Positions 37,825-50,794 of a stretch of 64,000 nt of DNA are shown piece after piece (within the stretch, counting starts at the first letter, position 1; each line of letters begins with the position of its first letter). Source of the DNA: Hypanus sabinus (Eukaryota); contig NC_082731.1 of the NCBI RefSeq assembly GCF_030144855.1, positions 26,164,001-26,228,000 on the forward strand, read 5' to 3'. The translations under genes and the position numbers were made by a program. Under the pieces are notes generated by a model. That model was not told the origin of the DNA. It saw only the letters and a list, made by a program, of their open reading frames with translations, and made no database searches.

Positions 37825-40800
37825 CCTGGGCGTCACTTGAAGAGGGCGCTACTGAGCAATTTCTATTAAAACCAGAAAAGCCATGCTCGGATAGTGAAAA
37901 AAGAATTTTCTTCAGATGTACGATCTGTCTTTGATTATCATGGGTGAGAAGCACTCGGATGGCCTTATTTCTGAGCATTGTGTAAAAAGACCAAGAAACA
38001 TTTCTTCACGAAGCAGAAGGAAAGTGGAGATGAATGGCAGAAGAGATGAAAGCTGGAGGTGGAGTAAGCCAAGAAGTCGAGCAAATTTTTCATGCCTTTC
38101 TTTGAAAAGCCCGGAGCAAGTATTTCGACACTTTCCATGAAGTCGCCTGCACCTGCTACAAATTTGTTAGAATCCAAAGGTGGATCAAGCACCAAAGCGT
38201 CACAAGCCGAGGAGGAAGTCAAGACAGATAAATCCGATTATGATGACATTAAGAGTGAGGCTGCCAAGAGAGCATGAACATGACAGGAGGGGAAGACAAT
38301 GGTGGTGGTGGTGATGTTGAGTTTATTGACGAGATTTTACCTGACGACACTGAACCAAGTGAACTTGATGTTGTCAAAGAGCCTCGAACTGTCATGCCAG
38401 AAGTGACTGAACAGCATGACATTGGACTTCTGAACTTCGACACGGATACAGGAAAAGCAATTCTGCCTGACGCGTTTAGAACAGAAATGATAAAGCTGGG
38501 TTTGAAGTATTTCCGGAACACTGAGGGGCCTTTCCTACCAACAAAAAAAAACCGCTCAATGAGCAAAACTTAGATCAAGAGGAAATTGGGAAATGGTTAT
38601 GCTGTGAAAGTGACTCTCTCATAGCTGGTCTATTCCCCTTTTTTAAAAAGTCTGCATTTTGTATCTGTTGTCTTCACTATTCTCGGTCAGACCATCAGGC
38701 CTCATTGGAGCAGAAAAGTGGATTCAACCAGTGGAAAGTAACTGAAAGGATTAGTGTTCATGAAAATGGTAAGAATCATCGAGAATCAATGGAAGAAAAT
38801 GTAAGGAAACTAAGCTGGAAACAGAGGAGTTATTGACGCAGTATTTCAGTCACAGATTGAGAAGGAAAAACATAAGTCGTGTGATATCTTGACGAGAAAC
38901 CTCCACTGCATAAAATTCCTTGCAACTCGGAACCTGGCTTTGCGAGGACACAGGGAATCATTTCAGGTGGACGATGGCTCCAATGTGGGAAATTCCCTTG
39001 GTTTACTGAAACTACTGGCCATCTTTTACCCTGTCAGAAAAGAACACCTCACTCATTTGGAAAGTCATCCTAGATCCACGTCTTAACTTTCAACGGGTGT
39101 CCAGAACTAATTCATCCACATGATGGCATCCACTGTTCGCCATAGTTTCTTGAGAATTATTCGCAAAGCCAAGTACTATGTTTTCATATTCGATTCTACT
39201 CCTGATCAGTCACACCGTGAGCAGATTCAGAAGTAGTAGGGTATGTGGAAGTTGATTTTGAGAGGAAACCAGTCCGTGTTAGAGAGTCCTTCCTTGGTTT
39301 TATCCAGGTAAGCTAGAAGGATGCTGAGAGCTTGGTTTAAGAAATATTGAAACAGCTAGAGAAGGACGAAATGGAGCTACAAGATCATGAACACTAAATA
39401 CTCTGTAGATGCTGGGGTCAAAGAAACATGCACAACACGCTGGAGGAACTCAGTTCAGGCAGCATCCGGGAAAATAAGCAGTCAACGATTCGGGCCGAGC
39501 CCTTCGCCAGGACTGAAGAGGGATTGGCAGGGGCCCTAGAACGAAGGTGAGAGGGAGAGTGGGAAGGAGACGGCTGGTAGGTTCCAAGGTAAAAAACCAG
39601 TGAGGGGAAAGATCAACGGGAGGGGGAGCAGAAGCAGGGAAGGTATAGGCAGGAAAGTGAAGAAGGAATGTAAGGGTACTGCACTATCGGTAGTAGAAGA
39701 AGGCGGAACCATGAGGAAGGTGATTGGCAGCTGGAGGATAAGGTAGAGTGAAAATGGATTGGGGGAAGACAGGGGAAGGGAGTTACCGGAAGATGGAGAA
39801 TTCAATGTCCATGCCAAGGGACTGGAGACTACCCAAACGGTAGATGAGTTGTTGCACCTCCAACATGAGTTTGGCCTCATCATGGCAGTAGAGGAAGCTA
39901 TGTATGAACATATCCGAATGGTAATGTGAAGCAGAGTTAAGGTGGTTGGCAACCGAGAGATCCTGTGTGTGGTGTAGCGGATGGAGTGGAGATGCTCGAC
40001 GAAGAGGTACCTCAATCAGCGTCTGGTCTCCCTGATGTAGAGGGGGCCGCACTGGAACACCGGATGCAATAAATGACTCCAACAGGCTCAAAGGTGAAGT
40101 GTTGCCTCACCTAGAAGGACTGTTTGCGGCTACCTGAATGGTAGTAATAGAGGAGGTGTAGGGACAGGTGTAGCACATAAGCGTGCAGGGATAAGTGCCA
40201 GGTGGGAGATCTGTGGGGAGGGACCTGTGGAACAGGGAGTTGCGGAGGGTCCGCTCCACGTGGAAAGTAGAGAAGGGTAGAGAAGGTCTTGTTGAAGGTG
40301 TCGGAAGTTGCAGAGGATAATATATTGGTTCCAGAGGCTGGTGCGGTGTTCGGTGAGGACAAGGGGAACTCGGTCTCTGTTGTGGTGACGGGAGGATGGG
40401 GTGAGGGCCGAATTGCGGGAAATGGAAGAGACTGATTGACGGCAGAAGGGAAACCACTATCCTTAAAGAAAGAGGACAATTGAGATGTCCTGGATATGAA
40501 AGCCTCATTCTGGGAGCAGATGCGGTGGAGACGGAGGAACCGGGAATAACATTTTTGCATGTGGCAGGGTGGGAAGAGGTATTGTAGTGGTAGTTATGAG
40601 AGTCAGTGGTTTTATAGAAGATGTCAGTGGACAGTCTGTTGCCACTGCCAGAGACCGAGAGATCGAGAAATGGGAGAGGAGTGTCCGAGATGGACCAAGT
40701 GAATTTGAGGGCTGGGTGGAAGTTAGAGGCGAAGTCGATGAAATTGACGAGCACAACATGGGTGAAGGAAGCAGTATCAATGTAGTCGTCATTGTCGGGA

Positions 40801-42227
40801 AGGTATAATGAAGCTACAAGATTGTCGGTCGCAATGCTCTGACAATGCTGCTCTGATGGTTGGACACAGAAGCGGTGTTCATCAAAGAATAAGTGAGAAC
40901 AATAACGTGACGTGTTTGTGAATTGCGACAATCACTCACTCAGCTTGGTAGATGTAGCCAAGCAGTAGACAATGATGGTTACATTTTTTGGAACTATCGA
41001 AGCTCTCTACGTGTTTTTCTCTTGTTCAACACAGCGCTGGGAAAAACTCCAAGAACGCCGTGCCTATGGTTGTTAAGTCGGAGTCCAAAACCAGGTTGAC
41101 TGCAAGGACAGAAACAGTAAAGCCCGTCAACAAGTACTTTGAGAAGATACTTCAAGTTCTCCAGGACATGACAGACAATGAATACGAGACCAGTGAAAAA
41201 AGAAGTGCCCCAAAGTAGCTGTTGAGTTACGAGTTTCTGAATTTGCTAGGATTTTGGAACAATGTACTTATTCACATTGACCGTATTCAAAAGAGGCTGC
41301 AGGATCCTAGCATGAACTTCCACGACGCTGCCCTGGATTTGAAAGCTCTCCAAGATCATTTTTATGTTGAAAGAGGTGTTGGCCAGTGAGACATTCGAAG
41401 AAGGAGTCGGTCTCTGTCAAGAAAGAAATATTGAAGTTGAAAGATGTCAGAGACGAAAGAAACGAATGGCTGATGAGAACTCGAGAGAACTCACAACTGA
41501 GGAAGAAACGGAAAGAGTCATGAAGGGAACACTCGACCGTCTTCACAGAGAAATGGACGAAAGATTCGGTCGTTTGCATGACACTGACGCCGTTTGGGTT
41601 CCTTCCCGATGTTGAGTGACTGTGTACCGGCGCCGACGGTAACGACCTAAAGAAAAAGTGCGAAAATTTGGGCGAATTGTACAGCTCTGATGTTGAAGAC
41701 AGCAGCTATATGAAGACATTTTGGATTGCAGAATATTGCTATCAAGGCTGGTCAACATGAACATATCAAGACCAGAAGTGCTTCTTAAACTTATTATTCA
41801 GTATGGAGATGACAGCGTCTTCCCGATCTTCGCAATGCTATACAGATAATGCTACTCATCGCAGTTTCCATCGCCAGCTGTGAGAGATCATTCAGCAAGT
41901 TAAAACTAATACTTTCGTATTTAACAGCCTCCATGGGTCAAGGCAGACTTTGTGATCTTGCTCCGCTGAGTGTAGAAAGAGAAGAAACTGAAAAAAAAAA
42001 ACTGGCTTTGATCACATCATAGAGCAATTTGCATCTGTGAAAGCAAGGAAGGTGCAGTTACAATTTTCATGTAGTGCCATAATTTGTTTAATAAAAGATA
42101 ACGTGCTTGACTTGCATTTTTGAGCTGATATTATGGTAAAGTTATCTAAATATAAGTGTCAGATGTTTAGACAAAGGCGCAAAATCAGTGCTTGTCATAG
42201 ACACTATTTTCCGTAGATACGCCCTTG
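37825..42227 (+). mobile_element. hAT DNA transposon (ZMYM1/DUF4371-like transposase), decayed
   Basis: Transposase pieces CIKFLATRNLALRGHRES, DCRSQCSDNAA and the C-terminal dimerisation motif SIASCERSFSKLKLILSYL...FASVKARKV. Imperfect TIR cctgggcgtcac vs reverse complement caagggcgtatc (8/12); no 8-bp TSD. Confidence 0.88.
39386..40811 (-). mobile_element. 5'-truncated Penelope-like element inserted in the hAT transposase
   Basis: 11-bp TSD AGCTACAAGAT at 39375-39385 and 40812-40822. RT C-terminus (YIDTAS...LPFLDLSV, TDIFYKTTDSH) and GIY-YIG remnants; PLE terminus at the left end. Confidence 0.9.
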
Positions 42228-45200
42228 CTGAGCAGTCCATAGGTCTTGGCAATCCCCAAATAGACAGAATCATCATGAAGCGACGTCAGCACAATCCTCC
42301 GATGCTTCTCAGACCCAATCAGCTAAGAATGCCGAGGCCGATCCAGAGGCGAAGTGACCCGGTATAGGATTCGGCTCCTCAACTCAAATCCGGGCCATTC
42401 TCTCAGTAATTCAGTCACTGCAGCGTATTTCTTCCTCTCCGCATGGGCCATGTCTCCATTTTCGACTGCGGATCAAACAGTACCGTTGCCCGCGTCATCT
42501 TGCTGAGCATCTGCCACTTCCCCAAGACTGATTTCTGGCAACTGGTTTACCTACAGGGTGGTCAGGTTGCAGTAAGCTTGTGGACTGGCGTCACCAGTAG
42601 CTTCCAGTTGATCTAGCGCTCGTATATTGCCTTTGCCTTTCCTTTGCCTTTACCTTGAAGTAAAATTGACACATGGTCTTCACTCCGGGTCAGGAACATT
42701 CTCCGTCCTCGTCCAGCCTGGCACGCGCAGGTCGGGCCAACGCATCGGCCTCAATGTTCCGACTTCCCGGCTGCTATTTCAGGCTGAAACAATGGGCAGA
42801 CAATGCCGACAGGCACCGATAGCCTGTGGCGTCCAATTTCGTCGAGGTCAGAATATCAGTTAGAGGATTATTGTCCGTCTTCACTTCAAACCTGGCTCTA
42901 TAGAGGTAGTCACTTAACCTTTCAGTCCCCACCACAACCCATTTCAAGGCAAGGAACTCCAACCCTTTCTCGAAGGGTGACAGGCGCCGGCTGACAAATG
43001 CAACAGGTCTCAAAATGGATCCTGGTCCTAATGCAGGGTACCTCGTGAGTCATCTCTGATGGTATCCGTATGCCGTACATATGGCAATCCGGGATCTGCA
43101 AAAGCCTGCACAGGGGCTTTTGTCAGCAGCTCCTTTAGAGACTAAAAGACCTCTTCAAATTTCGCAGCCCATCTCGTCCCAAAAGGCTCCGACAGGTTAA
43201 TATAATCTTTGCACACCTCTCATTTCGTCCTGCCCTAATAGAGGGTAATCGCACAGAAGTTGATTCAAAGGGTAACTCACTCGTGTAATCCTTCAAGAGC
43301 ACTCACAGAACCCAAGGAACGAGCGCAAAGCGCTCAGTAAGGGACCTTGTCTACATGGTCACCGCCTCTACCTTAGACAGATCCGTAGCTACTCTATTCC
43401 ACGAGACTATGTGCCCGCAATAGTTGAAAGACGTGTTGCTGAAATGGCACATGTCCAGGGCAAGTTTTAAACCTTCAGCATTCAGGCGGCCCAACAACTT
43501 CAGTAAGCCCGCTTAGTTTTCCGCCAAGGTGGACCCGAACATATTCGGATACAGAAATACCTCAAGCAAGTTCATATCCCCCACCGTTATCTCCATGATA
43601 CGCTGGAAAATTGCAGGGGTTCCGAATAGGCCCTGCGGCATTCTTTCGAACTGGAAGAATCCCAGTGGACATAATAATGCCGTTTTCTCTTTGTCAGCTC
43701 ACACATGGGGATCTTGTAAAATCCACTCATGAAGATCAGCACACTGAACCGCTCCGCACCACTCAGACAGGCCAGCACATCTTCAATCGTCGGGACCGTA
43801 TACTGGTCGGGGACGGTACACCTGTTCAAAGTCCTGTTGTCCACACACATTCGTAACTTCCTATTATTCTTCCTGCCAGCTATTATTGGGGACCCATAAG
43901 AGCTCCTGGACTCAGTGATGATCCCAAATTCCACAAATGCTGCCGAACTTTTTCCGCCTCTGCAAGTGCCAGGCGCAGCAAACTTTCTCTGAAGGGTGTG
44001 TTCTCTGTCACCCTGCTGGTGTGTGTTCAGTAGAAAATATACCTTCCAGCTTCAACATTTTCTCTACCAACATCGTCTTCCAACCTTCAGGTACTGGGGA
44101 GTCCCAAAAAATTGAATTACTCAGTTGAAAACTTTCCCTTTTTGGAGAGTTTCTCCCCGGCTTGTCCTACAGGGACACTAGACATCACTGTAACCGAGAA
44201 AAGGTGCGCCAGTGGCAACTCCTCTTGATGGTGGCTTCCCTAGCCGTAGCGTTCCTGACGGTCACTCCCATCCTGTTCACCTGTACAATTGAGCACTTCT
44301 GCAGTTCGGGCCTCACCAGTGCCCCAGCAGGTAAGCCTGTCTCCTTTTTGTGGTCTTCCGGAGCATCCACTATGGGGGCCCTTCTGGGTAATTTGGGGTT
44401 CCCATCGGTGTCGCTATTTCCCCAGGCCGTAACACGACTGGTTTTGACTGGGTAAACCACAAATACCCTCGTCTAAGCTTACCTTACAGCCTAGTGCGTC
44501 TTCGCACTTCCTCAAAAGCAGCTTGAAACACCGTGTGAACAGACAACGTTTTCAAAAAACCCTCTCTAACTCTGTCCTTAGCCTCCACGCAATAGGGTCC
44601 AGCTACTCCCACATCTGCTTCCGAAAACTCCAGCTTCAACGACAAGTAACCAGCATACGGATAATCAGCCTTACTAAGACCCAGATCTGTAGTGTACTGT
44701 GAGACTTCAATGGTAAATGCGTCAAATTCCAGATGTAAAACGAACGGTACAGTAAAGTACCTGCGAGCCTGTGTCAAGTATGCTTCTAGCGCAACTATCC
44801 TCTGTCCGTAGCGATACACTGGAGTTTGGCCCCACGATGCTTTCAGGGATAGTTTTTTTTTTTGCTTTAGGGTGATGCTTGATATATTTCTGGGAAAGTG
44901 TTCCCCACGAAACGCCAGGCCATTCCCTCACTGGGTCACTTCTAAGTTTCCGGAGATCACTCTCTGCTTAGGTACAGGGGGCTCAGTCTCAGAGGGGTTT
45001 CCTGTCGTTCAGACTCCCGCCTAAAGTAGCCGTCTTCGCCACAGTTATAACAGACAATAACGGCCGGTCCCCTTCGCGCGGGACCCCGGTTACTAGCAGT
45101 CCTCTGCGTAGTCCGTTCGCTTAAAGAGCCGCGTCCCTGTCTTACAGGGAGGTGGCACCCTCTGGTAACAACCAAAATATCTCAAATCTGCCACAATCTT

Positions 45201-47129
45201 CTTTACCACTCCCGGAGTGGGCTATCCGTGGTCACCAGCGAGAGGGCTGCTAATGTGTACGCTATCCTGCAGAAGAAGCCCCACCATCTCCGCCCCTCCG
45301 ACACATACTCCTCCTCTTAATTCTCTGATCAGCTCAACTAACGATGGATTGGGGAGCGTCTTTCGAGCCAGTTCGAGACCCGAAGCGTTCAGGGACTGGA
45401 CGTATTTTGCTATTTAGTTTATTCTTGACTGTTCGCCTCATCCGTCAGAATGGTCTTTTTACGCCTCGAGCAATTTAGTTACCTCATTAGCCGAAAAATG
45501 TGGGCATTTTTCCCCTTTCTCCTGAAACATGTTCTGAAATTACCTCATAAGCTCCATTGGACTTCCCGTAGCGCCAAACACATCTCCTAACACTTGCATG
45601 CAGCCCTCCGAGGTAGCAAAGCGTTCTGTGTCTTTGCGGATCTCACTACAGCAGCAGACCGGCCTCTCATCTCTTCAACCATTCGCGGTCTTTTTAGTCA
45701 TCAAAGCACTCCCACTTATCCAACATCTGAAAAGTCTGCTCCGCCCAGGTCTCATACTCCTCTTCCCCCTCGGTGTGAGCTTCACCCCTGAAAACATTCT
45801 CAGCTTTCGTAACTAGGACCCTCTGCCTGGGCACTGCCAATTCAGAATTCTTACTCCTGACTGGGAGGACTCATGAGATATTACAGATCAGACCATTTCT
45901 TCACCTCGTTCCGCAGAAACCGAATGTCTGTCTTTGGACCGCTCCCAGCCAGGGGAGACTCGGCTTGCGATTCAGCCCGCTCTCCTCTCCCGGGGCCTCA
46001 ATAGTATCAGGAAGTTTTCCGCCGTTACGTCAGCGTTAGTCTCAACTAAAACAAAGTCTTTTCCCGCTGATTTGTCAAAATTGCTCTCCACAATCGTAAC
46101 TGCTCCTGCTTAACGGTACTTAAAGTTTGAATTAACAACTTCTCAGGAATACCAATGTCCACCCGACTCAATACCCACGCAATCATTACTAGTAACCTCA
46201 TGGATTCCACCACCACTCACACCTTGCAGCATCCATAACCACGTACCATAACGCATTGAATCAATGCTCAGGGCAATCAAACATCATCCAACAAAATCAA
46301 TCCCGGACAAGCCCACACAATGAAAACCCTTGGTTTCCTTGGCTGTATAAGTCGAGGGAAGACATCTAGCCCCTCCAAATGGCTGAGATTAAAGCTCTCT
46401 CCCTCCCCAAGCCCTCTATGCGTGGGTGTTGTATAATTTGCTACCTTGTTACAAACTAGCGCCACGAAATAGCAAACCATACACAGCATATGACTGACAG
46501 TTTATATTTATATCAATTTCCATATCTTATCGTATACATATTTGACGGAATTTATTTGACTAAACTGTCAGTGAAGAAAAGAACGAAAAGAAAAGGGGCC
46601 ATTTTAATGAAGCAGTCACAAGATGAGCTTAAAATTTCTCCATCGATCCTCAATCGATCTTGCCCCTGGCCTTATCGCATCACGATTCCGCTCCAGCTGG
46701 AATCCTACGACCTCTTCTGTCCTGTATCTTCCCTCTGCCTTTCGTTTCCTAAAGCCCTTCCCTTGGACAACATTGGTGGCGTGGAGAAAGGAGACTTGCA
46801 GCTTGGACAACTGCCGGTCTTCCATATAAAAAAACCCTTGCCCAGGCTTGCGCCCTGGAAACTTTCCAAGGTGAAAATCCATGGTCTATCGAGACTAACG
46901 GAGGCCTACAAATCTCCTTTCGCTCAGAAGTCCCAAGCCCAACCTTCGGGTCCCTCACCAAAGAAACATCCCCTTAATTCGACCATCCTAATTGGATGGC
47001 ACATATTTCTCCTTATCTCGTATCTTCAACAACGACCCAGTCAAGCAGAATACTGAACAAGCAGCTTTTATAGAAAAGCTAAATGAAATAAAAGCAACTT
47101 AACAGTCAAAGTATGAGCCAAGATAATCA
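42228..47129 (-). mobile_element. Ty3/Gypsy 5' part: 5' LTR (46321 to about 47129), tRNA-Pro PBS, gag, protease, RT, RNase H, integrase start
   Basis: aatcccggacaagcccaca (46299-46317) matches the tRNA-Pro 3' end AATCCCGGACGAGCCCCCA. Gag knuckle VCYNCGEDGY; RT SSYGSPII...LRMCVDNRTLN; RNase H RPVAFVSRRL...KTDNNPLT; integrase start LHDDSVYLGIAKTYGLL. Confidence 0.9.
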
Positions 47130-47299
47130 GCTATTTCCGCTCCGCACTGAATGTGATCTCCCAATGAGGAAGACAGGAATTCAGATGCAGAGGAAAGTAC
47201 AGAGTTACAACTTTTTGGACTTTGCACATTACTACTGATAGTGTTGAAAACTGAACTGTAATCAACAAAGAGCAGTTCGACGTCGGGAGTAAGAAAGAA

Positions 47300-47815
47300 A
47301 AGCCTGACCTAGGAGTGTTTCAGTGGAGTAAAGTAAATTACAGTGGTATGAGAGAGGAGTTGACCAAGGTAAATTAGAAGAAGATGCCAGCAGGAATTAC
47401 AGCAGAGCAGCAACGGCGTGAGCTTCTGGGGGGAAAGAGGATATGTACCTAAAACAAAGAAATACTCAAATGGCAAAACAGAACAACCGTGGCTGACAAG
47501 GCAAGTCAAAGATAATTTAGAAGCAAAAGAGAGTACATACAACAAAGCAAAAATTAGTGGTAAAATGGAGGATTGGGAAGCTTTTGAAAAACTACAGAAA
47601 ACAACTAAAGGAATCCTTAGAAGGAAAAACGTGAAATCTGAATGCAGGCTAGCAAAAAATATCAAAGTCGATAGCAAAGGAATTTTACAAGCATGCATAA
47701 AATGAAAGAGAGATCAGAGTGGATGTCGGACTGCTGGAAAATAAGGCCCGATAAATAATACTGGAGGACAAATAGAGATGGAAAATGAACTAATTGAGTA
47801 TTTTAGATGATAGTA
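47300..47815 (+). mobile_element. Decayed CR1 linker fragment
   Basis: ORF 47418-47705 QPWLTRQVKDNLEAKESTYNKAKISGKMEDWEAF. Confidence 0.75.
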
Positions 47816-49881
47816 CCATAAGAGACAAAAGAAGAATTAGGCTGTCTAGCCATCGAGTCTTATACGCCATTCAACCTGTTTTTTTTTTTTTTTGGTAATT
47901 TATTTTTCATTGAGTTCGTTATTAAACAAGCATTTTCACAAGATATATATATATATATATATATACCTCCCCAAGCACTCTATGCGTGTGTGTTTATATA
48001 TATATATAGTCATATTGCCACAAATATCCACTTAATATTTATCTGAGGTATACACTTATGGAAAAGAGAAGAAAGAACAAGCAAAAGGAATAAACTATGT
48101 ACATGTAGGGAGGTATTTTTACAACATATTCATTGATTTGTGAGAATAAAATCAAGCCTATGAGGTATTATGTAAGTAAACCATTTTTCTCAATATGAAC
48201 CAAATTGCTCCAGCTTATGATTAACAAATGCTGTAATCCTCTCCATTTTATAAATGTCCATTGTAATTTCCATCCATGCGTTTAAAGTTGGGCTCTCCTG
48301 TGATAGCCATTTCCTGGTAAGTGTTTTTACCAGCCACCAACAGCATATTCATTAAATGTCTATCTCTTTTCAACTATTGTTCAGGTATAGAGCCAAAATA
48401 TATGATCTTACTTTCTCATTTAAAAATGCCTTGTAGGGCATTATGTATCCCACTCCAATATGCATTCCCAGAAAATATGATAGGGGATTCCATTTTGACT
48501 TCCACAATATCTCCAGCAAACAGGGAGATTACTATCACAATGGGATTTCTGAGATGTTGTAATTAATTATCATGTCAAGTTTTTCCACCAAATCTCCCGT
48601 CATTTCTGTGAACTGGTACACTTCCATTGAAACCTCCATATTATTGTCCATTCTTCCTCACATATAATTATCCCTCCTTCCTTCTCCCATTTTGTCTTAA
48701 TGTATGAAGTCGAATGTGTTTTAAGATTTGACAAACCCTTAAACACGCTTGAAATAATTTTACTGCCGTTATCTGAATTATATGCTTTTCTAAATAGCTC
48801 TTTCAAATTTGGTTACGTTTTACCCTTCTAACTGACATACTGTCGCATCTGTAAATACTGATAAAAATATTTGTTTTTCTAAAAGAAAAGTGTTTCTCTT
48901 TAAGCATTTCAAAACTGAACAGCGTTCTTTCCTTCATTATATTACAAATAACTGTTATCCCTTTCGCTGTCAAGACCTTAAATCTAGCATCTAGTTTATT
49001 CGGCATAAAATCTGAGTCATATGCACGCCATGTAAATATTGCAATATCTCCCTCTAGTTTATATTCTTTTATAAAATGTTTCATTATTTTAAGAGTTCAT
49101 TTCATTCATGGGTTATCAATGGTATTTATGTAATTTTGTAGGTTGTTATCAGCCAAAATTGCCTGTATGGGAAAGAAAAGTATCCCCTCTTCATTGTTTT
49201 TTTGTTCCATTGAGTGTCACATGACGGGTTCTACTAGCATTTCTCAGCTCTCAACTGTGCTGCAAAATAATAATCTCCAAGAGAAGGTTGGCCCCATCCC
49301 CCCCCCCCCCCTTTCCCTGGTTAATTGCAATGTTTCTGGAAGGTCTCTGGGCATTTTACCTTGCCATATATAATTTGGTAACATTTCCATTGAATTGATT
49401 TTGGTTAATCTCTATTGGTAGGGTCTGAAAGAGATACAATAGTCTGGGAAGTACATTTATTTTAATGGATTCAATCCTTGAACTGAGACATTAAAAAAGG
49501 AATTAGGTTCCATCTTGTTATATCTTTCTTAATTTTTATATATGGCGAATAATTGCATTCCGATAATTTTGCCAAGTATTTGAAAGACTCTGTTTGCCAT
49601 GCCCAGGGGTAAATACTTACAATTTCTCTTGGTGGGCTATAGTTATATGAAAGTAATTGGGTTTTATCTATGTTGATCTTGCATCCTGTTAATTGACCAT
49701 ATTGTTCAAAGGATTGCATCAATTTCGGTAAAGAGTTTGTTGGGTGCCCTCAAAGAACAAAATGTCATCGGCGTAACAGGCCAATTTATGCTCTAACTGG
49801 CCAATTCATGCTCTGTCACTTTAATAGTAATTTCGCTGATATCTTCATTATTTCTGATGTATTGAGCTAATGGTTCCAGAT

Positions 49882-50794
49882 GCTCATATCCAAGATGGTG
49901 GTGCGACGCAGCTTGCAGCGGCCACTCCGGAACTGATTATCTGTTATTTGTGAAGTGGGGTGCCGTGTGCAAACATAATCGATGAAAAATGGACGTGGAA
50001 GCACGGAGAAACATCGGGAAATTCCAGGAAGACCTCCTTCGTTGCTGCTGCTACTGTGAGGTCCGGGCCTCTGCTGGGAAGGACAGGCCCCCAGTCCTCG
50101 GTGTCGCGTTGCCGATTACCGTTGGCTGGGCCGTCTTAATACGCTCGGCAGAGGATGGTGCTCGGAGAAGCTGTGCCGGAGGGGATTGTCGTCGGCTCGG
50201 AGGTACGACGGACTTGGAGTTCTTTCGACGGACTCAGGTCGCTTTCGGTGTTTGCTGCGTCTGCGAGGCTGAGTCGGGCTGCGCCTTGGAAGTCCATAGC
50301 CGGGTGCTCCCTTCTGCCGCCAGCCTGGGATGGCGAGTCTGTCGGGACCCTGGGGACTTGTGGAAACTGTGGGGGTTTCTTCTGAACTTAACATCTTCTT
50401 TTAACTGAACATGTTAAAAGACTTTAACATCTTGGACTATTTTTACTGTGCCCATAGTCTGTTTTTTTTTATCAATTATGCTATTGTTTGCACTGTTGTG
50501 ACTATGTGTTGTAATTATGTGGTTTTGTGCAGGTCTTGTAGCTTTAGTTTTTGGTCTTGTTTTTGTCTGGTGGATTTGGAGCTCCTTTCCGGGGAACGCG
50601 CTGGACGGTAGCGCGATATTAGTATGCAGCAGCCTCTCCGGACTCTGGATTTGTGATTGCCAAACGTTACGTGGATTTTCTGGGGTAGTCTGTTTTGTCA
50701 CATGCTTTTGTGATATCATTCTGGGGGAACGTTGTCTCATTTTTTAACTGTATTGCATTTGTGGTTTCTAAATGACAATAAACTGAATCTGAAT
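49882..50794 (+). mobile_element. Non-coding, non-autonomous retroposon inserted in L1 ORF2
   Basis: Interrupts the L1 RT (ttccagat | ataatgcg rejoins). Begins gctcatatccaagatggtgg and ends aataaactgaatctgaat; GC-rich 5' half. Confidence 0.7.
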
